DNA from: Firmicutes bacterium UBA5420
GTDB lineage: Bacteria > Bacillota > Limnochordia > Darwinibacteriales > Darwinibacteriaceae
Length of the DNA: 32,829 bases
Reading direction: 5' to 3'
NCBI GenBank assembly: GCA_002409455.1
Contig: DHNI01000008.1
Coordinates: 739 to 33,567, forward strand
Of this stretch, positions 1 to 7,937 are shown in pieces; position 1 is the first letter of the stretch; the number at the start of each line of letters is the position of its first letter. A model generated the notes under the pieces. That model was given only the letters and a program-made list of their open reading frames with translations, did no database searches and had not been told where the DNA came from. Made by a program: the position numbers and the translations under genes.

Positions 1-72
1 TCCCTTATTCTACTTACCTTATTCGTAATCCTCTTGCCAAGTCTGGGGACTGCGTACAATAAAACCCAATAC

Positions 73-1833
73 TCATTCGTAAATGTTTAAGTCAAAGGTT
101 GCCATACCGTCTATGACAAACTGAGTAGCAAGGCGTACCTTCATGGCCTCCGAAGGAGCTTCGGCCCAAGAAAAGTAGCCCAGAGGATCTTGAACATCTT
201 CTTCCTCATCCTCGGTCTCCTCGCCCAGCTCGTCTTGTCCTTCCTCTTGTAGGCGATGGTCTAAAAAGGGATAGAATTCGGCCACAATCTCATTGTTCCG
301 TTCGCGATCCATGTACTCTGCGATCATGGCATCGAGCGATTCAGCGCCAGAGATGATCTGACGCACCGGTTCATCTTCTCCCTCTTCCGGCTCTAGAAGA
401 CTTGTATGCACAGGCGGCTTCTCCACATAGTAACCTGCTCCGCCTCCCCGTACTGTTACAGTAAGAAAACCAGGCGCAATATCTTGGGGAACCTCGATGC
501 GCAGCGTTCTTGTCTCGCTAGCGCCGCGGTAAGGTCGGATCGTAACGTCCACATCTACCGACTCCCCTGCTTTGGCATAAAAGGTAGTGGGTACCACCTG
601 TTCAATCGTCGCCGTTTTCCGTTCCTGGGCTACCTCTACCTCAATTCGAACCTCCTGCAAATCTACCTCTTGCAGGTTGTTATTGGCCAAAAGCTCTAGG
701 CCAGAAAGTAGATCGGTTAATGACCATACCGCTATATCACTATCGCTATAAAAGAGGTTCTCTCTGATCATGCGCTGATTAAAATCCTTCGCTGTAAACT
801 CGAGGCGCACAAAGGAAGTGCCGGCACCGAGGCGATCGAGAGTGGCGTCTACGCTTTGGTAGGCACTACTAATCACTAACGGAACCATGATGCTCGGTTC
901 TTTCACCGATTCCACATTAAAATTCTGGCGAATATCCCGATCACGATCCCGCACCTGGATATTCACGGACAAATAGTCTGGTTGTTCCCCAAGGCGTCCT
1001 CCGAGACCAACGGATCGATCTTGTTCAACCCTTCCGATAGTGGAACCCAAAGAAACAATCTTGAAGGGTATATCCAGCGAAGGGAGCGTATGGTGGACAT
1101 AGGCAGCCGAAGCGAAGAAGTCTACATTGCCACGATGTGTAAAGGGATGCCCAAAAGCAAGAAAACGCCCATCGTTTTTGACATGGGTCACTGTGCCAAA
1201 GGAGGCTACTTGAAAATCGCCCCTTAGGAGCTGAACACCGATCATACTGCCAGGCTCAAGGAGGGCTGATCCGTAGGCATAGTTCGAAGTTAACGCAGGC
1301 AGTACCTCAACCTGATCTGTACCTAATGCCTCCGATAAATATTGCATATTGCGGGCGTTTAGTCCTTGTACCACTAAAGGCGAACGCAGTGCCGTCGTAT
1401 CTGGTGGTAGGACGGGCGAAGGTACCGGCATCTCATCGTAGAGCTTAAACATGTCTACCGCAGGGGTCACAAAACCAATACGATGGTCTGTCTGGGCATA
1501 TGTATAGCCAATGGCACCAAGAAGACGGCCCTGAATATACACAGGGGTGCCGCTCATGCCCTGGGCTATACCCCCTGATCGTTCTATGACATCACCGCTA
1601 ACTCGAACCATAATCAAATTGTTTAAAGGCGGGCTTTGGGGTACTAGACCTAACACTTCCACGTCAAAGGTCTCGATCGTATTACCGGAAATCACCGTTT
1701 TTCCCACGCCCTTTAAGCCCGGTCTAACCTCTTCGGGAAGAAACAGTTCTTGGGCATGCACTACGCCGACCAAACCGCAGAGTAGAAGTATAAGTACTAT
1801 CACAGTAAATCGTACAGGCAATTTTCGCATCAA
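73..1833 (-). CDS. Secreted peptidase S55 (SpoIVB-like) family protein without PDZ domain; acidic C-terminal region
   Basis: N-terminal signal peptide (LLLCGLVGVVHA/QE). The segment GVGKTVISGNTIETFDVEVLGLVPQ...GGIAQGMSGTPVYIQGRLLGAIGY resembles the SpoIVB region that carries the catalytic Ser (GGIVQGMSGSPI). A later segment, GTVTHVKNDGRFLAFGHPF, resembles the His-bearing SpoIVB segment (GIGTMTF...GALGHV). Its start lies 18 nt downstream of the stop of the upstream gene on the same strand. Confidence 0.6.
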   Translation of the reverse strand: MMRKLPVRFTVIVLILLLCGLVGVVHAQELFLPEEVRPGLKGVGKTVISGNTIETFDVEVLGLVPQSPPLNNLIMVRVSGDVIERSGGIAQGMSGTPVYIQGRLLGAIGYTYAQTDHRIGFVTPAVDMFKLYDEMPVPSPVLPPDTTALRSPLVVQGLNARNMQYLSEALGTDQVEVLPALTSNYAYGSALLEPGSMIGVQLLRGDFQVASFGTVTHVKNDGRFLAFGHPFTHRGNVDFFASAAYVHHTLPSLDIPFKIVSLGSTIGRVEQDRSVGLGGRLGEQPDYLSVNIQVRDRDRDIRQNFNVESVKEPSIMVPLVISSAYQSVDATLDRLGAGTSFVRLEFTAKDFNQRMIRENLFYSDSDIAVWSLTDLLSGLELLANNNLQEVDLQEVRIEVEVAQERKTATIEQVVPTTFYAKAGESVDVDVTIRPYRGASETRTLRIEVPQDIAPGFLTVTVRGGGAGYYVEKPPVHTSLLEPEEGEDEPVRQIISGAESLDAMIAEYMDRERNNEIVAEFYPFLDHRLQEEGQDELGEETEDEEEDVQDPLGYFSWAEAPSEAMKVRLATQFVIDGMATFDLNIYE

Positions 1834-1851
1834 GCCACCCCTTCATATCCT

Positions 1852-3264
1852 TTACCGCGGTAAAGGGCTTGCTACATCTGTAACGACAACTATGGCATTA
1901 CCGACAGGACGCTCTTTACCATCCGAAGGTAAATTCAAAACCAAGTTGCGTATCACCATAGTTGTGGAACCGCCCCCATCTAAGTTCATGGCTTGTAGCG
2001 CTCCCAACTCTATTAAAAGATTTCCAAGTTCGCTCAAAGTCATACCGACACTAATATTCGGTTGCCTCCCGTTGACAGTGACGAGCAGGAGTTTTTGATC
2101 ATCAGTGATCCCGATAGCTGTTCGCGGGGCTCGCCCCACTAAGATATCGTCTTTAAACAGCTCTTCCTCGCCTGTTAAATAGAGCTCGCCATCACGAACG
2201 AGACGTGGCCCGCCACCAATAATCTGGGTGATCCCAAGCTCATCCCAGGAAGGGTCCAACGAAAAGTCTATCTTCAAGGGATCGCCCACCTCTAGCTTAA
2301 CCAATAACTCTCTTTGCACACCATGGGCCGATAGCACAAATCCATCTGGGGGAATGGTGCTATTACCTTGCTCAATCTGGGTAACCATCCCGTCAACCAC
2401 AACCACTTCGTAACCATGGGAGTTGGTGTTCGTCTTAGTACCATGGTGCTTGGTATAAACAATGAGTTCATCTTGGAGTCTGGGACGGTTTAGTCCATGT
2501 ATACTCGCGAGCAGCGAACCATCTTCCAGCAAAACTCTCCCCTCAAAGCTTACCTGATCCATTACTGCAAGTCTAGGACCTAGCCCAAGTGCGGTACGAT
2601 TAGCATACGGCTCGCTCATTAACTCTCCATCGATCATAAAAACGCCTAGAGGCCTTCCAGTAGAGGAAAAAAAGGCACCATTCACAGCCGCAATGGCATC
2701 GATCTGCTTGGCGATTGCGCTCACCTGCTCAGATCCGAAGATGCGATCTTGAGCCAAGGCCAGCTTCACTTCAAAACCATACCAGAGATCGATCTCCAGA
2801 TAGTTAATAACATTAGGTCCGAATGAATCTGCTCTTCTTTGATGTCCGTAAACAACACCTGGCTCTACCATACGCCTTGAGGTGTTCACAAATGTCTTCG
2901 GGATATCCAGCTCAAAAAAAACCTCGCCCTCCGTTATAAAACCCTCGGGAATCTGGTAGTTGAAATCAAGAACCAACCGCGACCCCTCCGCAGCTTCGGA
3001 ATAGCGGATGTCTTTAAGAGCCACATCGCTCATCGAAAGGAAAGGCGGAAACTCAGGTATGGGGCGATTGGAGTCTATAATAACCTTCATGGGGCTTGTG
3101 GTATAACTCACTCGGTAGACTTGCCCTGGACTTTTTGGTAAGGTAAGTACAATTTTCTCAGGATAAGGTGTAACAGTCTGCGCTGACGCGGTATGCACAA
3201 GGACACATAAAGAGAAGAATAAAACAAGGACAGCTTTCTTTGGAACCACCAGGCGCACACCCAT
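1852..3264 (-). CDS. Secreted phosphodiester glycosidase (NAGPA/DUF2233) family protein
   Basis: Signal peptide (VLVHTASA/QT). Contains the motifs AAVNGAFF..GRPLGVFMIDG, RTAIGITDD and MNLDGGGSTTM, typical of the phosphodiester glycosidase domain. The ATG at 3264 sits 1 nt after the GGGGG run, so the GTG at 3258 may be the real start. Confidence 0.7.
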   Translation of the reverse strand: MGVRLVVPKKAVLVLFFSLCVLVHTASAQTVTPYPEKIVLTLPKSPGQVYRVSYTTSPMKVIIDSNRPIPEFPPFLSMSDVALKDIRYSEAAEGSRLVLDFNYQIPEGFITEGEVFFELDIPKTFVNTSRRMVEPGVVYGHQRRADSFGPNVINYLEIDLWYGFEVKLALAQDRIFGSEQVSAIAKQIDAIAAVNGAFFSSTGRPLGVFMIDGELMSEPYANRTALGLGPRLAVMDQVSFEGRVLLEDGSLLASIHGLNRPRLQDELIVYTKHHGTKTNTNSHGYEVVVVDGMVTQIEQGNSTIPPDGFVLSAHGVQRELLVKLEVGDPLKIDFSLDPSWDELGITQIIGGGPRLVRDGELYLTGEEELFKDDILVGRAPRTAIGITDDQKLLLVTVNGRQPNISVGMTLSELGNLLIELGALQAMNLDGGGSTTMVIRNLVLNLPSDGKERPVGNAIVVVTDVASPLPR

Positions 3265-3323
3265 ACCCCCTTATCATCCTTACCAATTCGTGATGAGGAG
3301 ATATTCTCCTGCACAAACATGAA

Positions 3324-3348
3324 CTCCACAAGCATGCTTCTTGTGGAG
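3324..3348 (-). terminator. Hairpin after flgJ (9-bp stem CTCCACAAG/CTTGTGGAG, 7-nt loop) followed by TTCATGTTTGT; possible weak terminator or attenuator
   Basis: Perfect 9-bp inverted repeat read directly from the sequence. The downstream tract is only partly T-rich. Confidence 0.35.
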
Positions 3349-3358
3349 TCAAGACCTT

Positions 3359-3670
3359 CTAATCATCATCGGAAACATAGCGAGACATCTGCTCATAAAT
3401 CATCTTGGCCAGCCCAACACTTTGGCCTTGGGATATATTACTCGCAATTTCCTGATCAAGCATGGATTGGAAAATATTCTCAGCACGCCGATTACCAAAG
3501 AGATCGGATTCTGGCACGGTGCGTCTCATCTGCTCCATTAACTGGTAAAGAAAAATCGCTTCAAACTGTTCAGCAGCATCTTGTAAAGCCTTCTGCGAAG
3601 TAGACTTTCGCTGTGACAGATCCTCTGCTTTGCTGGCTACTAAATCACTTGGTTCCCAATTTACACGCAC
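3359..3670 (-). CDS. flgJ: Flagellar rod-binding protein (FlgJ N-terminal domain only; no muramidase domain)
   Basis: 103 aa. The motif AAEQFEAIFLYQLMEQMR...LFG......F.SMLDQE is typical of the rod-binding/FlgJ N-terminal family. Its start lies 13 nt downstream of the flgI stop. Confidence 0.75.
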   Translation of the reverse strand: MRVNWEPSDLVASKAEDLSQRKSTSQKALQDAAEQFEAIFLYQLMEQMRRTVPESDLFGNRRAENIFQSMLDQEIASNISQGQSVGLAKMIYEQMSRYVSDDD

Positions 3671-3683
3671 TCGTCACCCTCCC

Positions 3684-4796
3684 CTAGATGATGATCAAAT
3701 CTCCAAATAAGGCCCCAGCAGCCTTTACCGCCTGCAAAATTGCGATAATATCCCTAGGCGTAGCACCTACGGCATTAAGGGCATCGACTAAATCCTGTAC
3801 ATTTGGCGTGCCCCCCAGAACAGTTGTCTGGCTATACTCTGGCTCCATTGCATCCGTGATTTCTCCACCAAAAGCCAAATCTCCTTCCTGATTTAGGTTT
3901 TGGTCTATTTGCACCTTCAGATTACCATGGGAAACGCCCACGGAGGCAATGCGCACCTGGGAGCCCATAACAACCGTGCCAGTGCGTTCGTTAATGACTA
4001 CCCGAGCATTGGCATCAGGGCGAATGGGTAACTCCTCTAGCTCTGCAATAAAGCCAACCACATTACCTGTATATTGCGTTGGAATCTGAATTTCCACTGT
4101 ACCTTGATCGCGGGCCCAAGCTAGATTCTGTTGATAAACCTCATTAATCACTTCGACTAAACGAGAAGCGGTAGTAAAGTCGGGCTGAAGCAAAACCATG
4201 GAGATGATGCCACCGTCCCCAAAGTCGTAGGCTTCAAGCTCCCGTTCGACAATGGCACCATTTGGCACCGTTGCGACAGTGGTGTGGTTTACTTGACCAC
4301 CCGCGCCGCCTCGAACTACAAAGCCACCGATAGAAAGCGCCCCTTGAGCTACAGCAAAGATCTGTCCATTAGCTGCCTGCAGTGGGGTCTGCAAGAGAAA
4401 TCCTCCCTGGAGACTGCGGGCATCGCCTATGGATGAAACTGTTACATTAAGTCGATCACCAGCCCTGAGGGATGTGGGCAAATCTGCCGTTACCATAACT
4501 GCAGCAATGTTGCGCATTCGTAGATCGTTGGCGGAAACAGTGATGCCAAAACCCTCAAGCATATTAGCAATCATCTGGATATTCGCCCTTGAACCCGATC
4601 CATCGCCTGTTCCCTGTAGGCCAACGACTAAGCCTAATCCGTAAATTTGGTTGTCCCGGTCGCCTTGCACCCGGGCCACATCCTTCACTCGCACAATGGG
4701 AGTGTCATAGCGTAAAGGCTCTAAAGTCTGAGCCTCGACGAGGCTCCCACAGAGGAGGACGATTCCTAGAACCAAAATCAGCATTCTCTTAGACAT
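3684..4796 (-). CDS. flgI: Flagellar P-ring protein FlgI
   Basis: 370 aa with a signal peptide. Full-length resemblance to FlgI (RVKDVARVQGDRDNQIYGLGLVVGL.GTGD...INERTGTVVMG...LVDALNAVGATPRDIIAILQAVKAAGAL). Confidence 0.95.
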   Translation of the reverse strand: MSKRMLILVLGIVLLCGSLVEAQTLEPLRYDTPIVRVKDVARVQGDRDNQIYGLGLVVGLQGTGDGSGSRANIQMIANMLEGFGITVSANDLRMRNIAAVMVTADLPTSLRAGDRLNVTVSSIGDARSLQGGFLLQTPLQAANGQIFAVAQGALSIGGFVVRGGAGGQVNHTTVATVPNGAIVERELEAYDFGDGGIISMVLLQPDFTTASRLVEVINEVYQQNLAWARDQGTVEIQIPTQYTGNVVGFIAELEELPIRPDANARVVINERTGTVVMGSQVRIASVGVSHGNLKVQIDQNLNQEGDLAFGGEITDAMEPEYSQTTVLGGTPNVQDLVDALNAVGATPRDIIAILQAVKAAGALFGDLIII

Positions 4797-4814
4797 AAGA
4801 TCCTCCCTCTCAAT

Positions 4815-5417
4815 CTAAAACAACCAGTTAAACAGGCGGGTGATAATCCCGGGATTGTTCTTGTCAGCCACAATGCCACTCCCCAAAAAGGCAATTTCCG
4901 CATCCGCTACAAAGGTCGACAGAACTGTGTTATCTGGTGCCACATCTCGGGAGCGAATCAACCCAGAGATCACAATCTCCTGTTCTTCTCCGTTGATCAT
5001 AATCTTCTGGCGGCCTTCAATGCGCATGGTATCATTGGGGTGAACTTCCACAACTCTAGTAGTGACGTTGGCTGTGAGGCTTCCGCCCCTTGTGGTCGAT
5101 CCGTCCGACTCAAAGGTATCGCCTCCACCCACCCTCAAGAGGGGAATCAAATCAGCCAAGACCCCCATGCCAGGACCAACAGAAACCTCGGAGTCTTTGC
5201 CAGCCGAAGTGGAAGCGTTTTGCCTTGCCGTAGCCCGTTCCACAATGATCACCGTAACCAAATCACCCATGCGTTTCGCCTTGCGATCCTCAAACATCGA
5301 TGGCGTATCGGACGGATACAAAGACTGGGCTAAGACCCTATAGGACATAGCCATATTGGCAAAAACCAACGTGACTACGGTCACAACAACTATGCTAAAA
5401 AAACGTCTATTCTTCAT
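4815..5417 (-). CDS. flgH: Flagellar L-ring protein FlgH (no lipobox cysteine)
   Basis: 200 aa. FlgH motifs are present (SLYPS..PSMFEDRKAKRMGDLVTVIIVE.A.A...; TTRVVEVHPNDTMRIEGRQKIMINGEEQEIVISGLIR..D). The 4-nt ATGA overlap with flgA indicates coupling. The signal peptide contains no Cys. Confidence 0.9.
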   Translation of the reverse strand: MKNRRFFSIVVVTVVTLVFANMAMSYRVLAQSLYPSDTPSMFEDRKAKRMGDLVTVIIVERATARQNASTSAGKDSEVSVGPGMGVLADLIPLLRVGGGDTFESDGSTTRGGSLTANVTTRVVEVHPNDTMRIEGRQKIMINGEEQEIVISGLIRSRDVAPDNTVLSTFVADAEIAFLGSGIVADKNNPGIITRLFNWLF

Positions 5418-6205
5418 GGAGCACTAGACCCCCTCATATTCACCTGAACCGTTTGTGCATCAATGATCTCGCCCAAGACCACTTGCCTAGATAAGGTGTT
5501 CTCAACCGAAATCACCTCACCGACGCCACCTGCCCCCCTGGCGATTCCAGGAGCACTCACCACCAGAGATGAAGTCTGCACAAGAATCGTCACCTGGGCG
5601 CCCCGCTCAACGATGGGAATGGTTTCGACATTGAGGTTCGTTAAGGCACTTCCACCCATAACATGACGGCTCGTACGTAATCCCACAAAATCTTCCACAC
5701 TCCGCAGATCGGGCTGCCCGTTCTTGAATTCCTGCTGCTCCACGTCCAGATCTTCCCGGGAAAGCACATGACCCCTGGGTAAATCGGTCGTTGCAACCAC
5801 CACTTCATAGACTGGGAATCCCGTTTCCCCTTCTTTTACAGCAGCTGGCAACGAATTCACAGCTACGCCATACACCTGGACAGTTGTGGTGCCCTGAAAC
5901 TCAATTTTCTTCAGATCAAGGCCCCCTTGCCGCAAACGTACCTCGATTTGGCCCTTGGTAAGGCGCCGAGAACTCCCGTTGATTGGTGCTGCCCCAGCAT
6001 TGATGGCCGCGACTTTACCCACCATCTCCTCTGGGCCTGTAATTTCAGCTATGTTGCCCAAAAGAAGCTCTGAACCTTGTACATTAACGCTTTCTGGCAA
6101 GATCACGACCACCTTCTCCGCGGCGCTGCAGACCATCGAGCTACCTAGGAGAAAAGCGCCGAACAAGGCCAGTACAACGATGGCCCCAAGCGTTTTCGAT
6201 TTCAT
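5414..6205 (-). CDS. flgA: Flagellar basal-body P-ring formation chaperone FlgA
   Basis: 263 aa with a signal peptide. SAF-like segment (ATTDLPRGHVLSREDLD) and C-terminal GIARGAGGVGEVISVEN..S.QVV.G, typical of FlgA. Located between flgG and flgH. Confidence 0.85.
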   Translation of the reverse strand: MKSKTLGAIVVLALFGAFLLGSSMVCSAAEKVVVILPESVNVQGSELLLGNIAEITGPEEMVGKVAAINAGAAPINGSSRRLTKGQIEVRLRQGGLDLKKIEFQGTTTVQVYGVAVNSLPAAVKEGETGFPVYEVVVATTDLPRGHVLSREDLDVEQQEFKNGQPDLRSVEDFVGLRTSRHVMGGSALTNLNVETIPIVERGAQVTILVQTSSLVVSAPGIARGAGGVGEVISVENTLSRQVVLGEIIDAQTVQVNMRGSSAP

Positions 6206-6211
6206 CTTCTA

Positions 6212-7000
6212 CTACCTACGAAGATTGTTAGCGGTCTGCAACATATCATCGGAAGCTTGAATGGCCTTAGAGTTGCTTTCGTAGGCTCTTTGCGCCACAA
6301 TCATGTTTACCATTTCTTCTACCACTTGCACATTAGACATTTCTAGGAAGTTTTGGCTCAGCATGCCAAAACCATCGAGACCTGGAGTGCCAAGCATGGG
6401 TTCACCACTGGCCGCGGTAGACGAATAGAGGTTGCGTCCCTCGCTTTTGAGGCCAGCAGAGTTTACAAAACGCACAAGCTGAAACTCACCAATTCGTTCC
6501 GGCTCACTATCACCAGGCTGCATAATGGTCACCGTGCCGTCGGAGGCAATACTTAGTTCTAGAGATTCTGCTGGTACCACGATTTCCGGCTCAATGGGAA
6601 AACCATCCGATGTGGTTATCCGTCCATCGGCATCAAGCTTAAAGGCACCATCCCGCGTGTAGGCAACACCTCCGTCGGGCAAGAATACCTGGAAGAATCC
6701 ATCACCTTCAATGACTACATCAAGGGGATTGTCTGTCTGCTGGTACATGCCCTGGGAAAAAATCTTCTGGGTAGCCACTACTCTAACGCCATGACCGACT
6801 TGAATACCCGTGGGTACTTGGGCTCCTGCTGTAGAGGGAGTACCGGCATACTTTACCGTTTGGTAAAGGAGATCTTGAAAATCCACTCGACTTTTCTTGA
6901 ATCCAGTGGTGTTCACGTTTGACAAGTTGTTAGAGATCGTATCGATCTTGGTTTGTTGGGCCGTCATCCCGGAGGCGGCGGTCCATAGAGAACGCATCAT
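6212..7000 (-). CDS. flgG: Flagellar basal-body distal rod protein FlgG
   Basis: 262 aa. N-terminus MMRSLWTAASGMTAQQTKIDTISNNLSNVNTTGFKK and C-terminus LEMSNVQVVEEMVNMIVAQRAYESNSKAIQASDDMLQTANNLRR are canonical rod-protein termini. Confidence 0.95.
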   Translation of the reverse strand: MMRSLWTAASGMTAQQTKIDTISNNLSNVNTTGFKKSRVDFQDLLYQTVKYAGTPSTAGAQVPTGIQVGHGVRVVATQKIFSQGMYQQTDNPLDVVIEGDGFFQVFLPDGGVAYTRDGAFKLDADGRITTSDGFPIEPEIVVPAESLELSIASDGTVTIMQPGDSEPERIGEFQLVRFVNSAGLKSEGRNLYSSTAASGEPMLGTPGLDGFGMLSQNFLEMSNVQVVEEMVNMIVAQRAYESNSKAIQASDDMLQTANNLRR

Positions 7001-7132
7001 AACAAAAAAACCTCCCTAAATAGTATGTTTAGATTTAAACATAGCACGAGTAAGGGGGTTACGTAGAAACCATCGCAGTCGGTTGATGGTCTTGGCTTCT
7101 GTTTCCAGTCCAGCCTATTCCCCTTAAAGCTA

Positions 7133-7867
7133 CTACACTTCGTTGATGATCTTGCCTAAAGTCTCATCAAAAGCTTGAACTACCTTTTGATTCGCCTCAT
7201 AGCTCCTTTGAATATTGATCAAATTGACCATTTCTCGAACCACATTTACATTCGCCATCTCAAGTGTTCCCGGTGCCAACGTAGCCTGAAATCGAAAGGG
7301 AGTACCCGCTTCGGGTAACGCTTCATAGAGATTTGCACCACGGCGGATCAAGCCGTCCCGATCGTTGAACTCCACGACCAAGAGTTTGTCCACCAACTCA
7401 CCATCTACAGTAATCTCTCCCCGTTCATTAAGGACTACCTCGCCTTCACCTACAAAGATGGATCCTTGCTCACCACGAACCAAATTGCCATCAAGTGTCG
7501 CCAAAAGCCCACTAGGATTGATTGTAAACCGTCCATCCCTGGTGTACCGTGTGCCTTCCGCTGTACTAATGGCGAAAAAGCCTGAACCAATCAGTGCCAC
7601 ATCTAAGGGATTTTCTGTTATCCGTAACGTTCCAGGTGAGAACGAAGAGCGACTTCCGTCTACCAATGCTCCTGTACCTAACACCCCAAGCAGTTGGCCC
7701 TGCCTTTGATGCACTCTGGTCACGGGCGTCTCCGGGAGCGAGTAGATGTGAGCTGTCTGCCTTTGAAATCCCGCTGTGTCGACGTTGGCTAAGTTATTAC
7801 TGGCTACATCCATCCGCAAAGACTCGACCAACATGCCTGATGTTGCTGTATATATACCCCGAAGTAT
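7133..7867 (-). CDS. flgF: Flagellar basal-body rod protein FlgF; the conserved N-terminus requires a non-canonical ATA start at 7867 (first ATG is at 7834)
   Basis: The C-terminus LEMANVNVVREMVNLINIQRSYEANQKVV is rod-type. The 11 codons upstream of the ATG translate to ILRGIYTATSG, the conserved rod N-terminal motif. GGAGG lies 7 nt upstream of the ATA. No ATG, GTG or TTG exists between the in-frame TGA and 7834. Confidence 0.8.
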   Translation of the reverse strand: MLRGIYTATSGMLVESLRMDVASNNLANVDTAGFQRQTAHIYSLPETPVTRVHQRQGQLLGVLGTGALVDGSRSSFSPGTLRITENPLDVALIGSGFFAISTAEGTRYTRDGRFTINPSGLLATLDGNLVRGEQGSIFVGEGEVVLNERGEITVDGELVDKLLVVEFNDRDGLIRRGANLYEALPEAGTPFRFQATLAPGTLEMANVNVVREMVNLINIQRSYEANQKVVQAFDETLGKIINEV

Positions 7868-7879
7868 ACTATCACCTCC

Positions 7880-7919
7880 AAAATAAAAGTTCCCTTGCCA
7901 TCACTATCGGCAAGGGAAC
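7880..7919 (-). terminator. Rho-independent terminator after mreB/mbl (11-bp stem GTTCCCTTGCC/GGCAAGGGAAC, 9-nt loop, then TTTTATTTT)
   Basis: Perfect 11-bp inverted repeat at 7889-7899 and 7909-7919, followed on the minus strand by a U-tract (7880-7888). Confidence 0.7.
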
Positions 7920-7931
7920 AGATAAACTTTA
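7904..7931 (-). promoter_or_regulatory. Sigma-28 (FliA/SigD)-type promoter for flgF: TAAAGTTT-N12-GCCGATAG
   Basis: On the minus strand, TAAAGTTT (7931-7924) and GCCGATAG (7911-7904) match the consensus TAAAGTTT-N11-GCCGATAA, or TAAA-N15/16-GCCGATAT. The site lies just upstream of the flagellar operon. Confidence 0.6.
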
Positions 7932-7937
7932 GTATCT

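Noticed and set aside
406-2098. Plus-strand ORFs (406-699, 982-1227, 1547-2098) antisense to the S55 and glycosidase genes. Similar antisense ORFs occur throughout the window, for example 10288-10644, 11694-12083, 12897-13283 and 16287-16616.
   Set aside because: They lie entirely within strongly supported minus-strand genes and have low-complexity, Pro/Ser/Arg-rich translations typical of shadow frames. They have no RBS and no family resemblance.
3108-3352. Two minus-strand ORFs (3108-3335 and 3158-3352) overlapping the 5' end of the glycosidase gene.
   Set aside because: They are out of frame with a well-supported gene, run through the flgJ-distal hairpins, and have no RBS.
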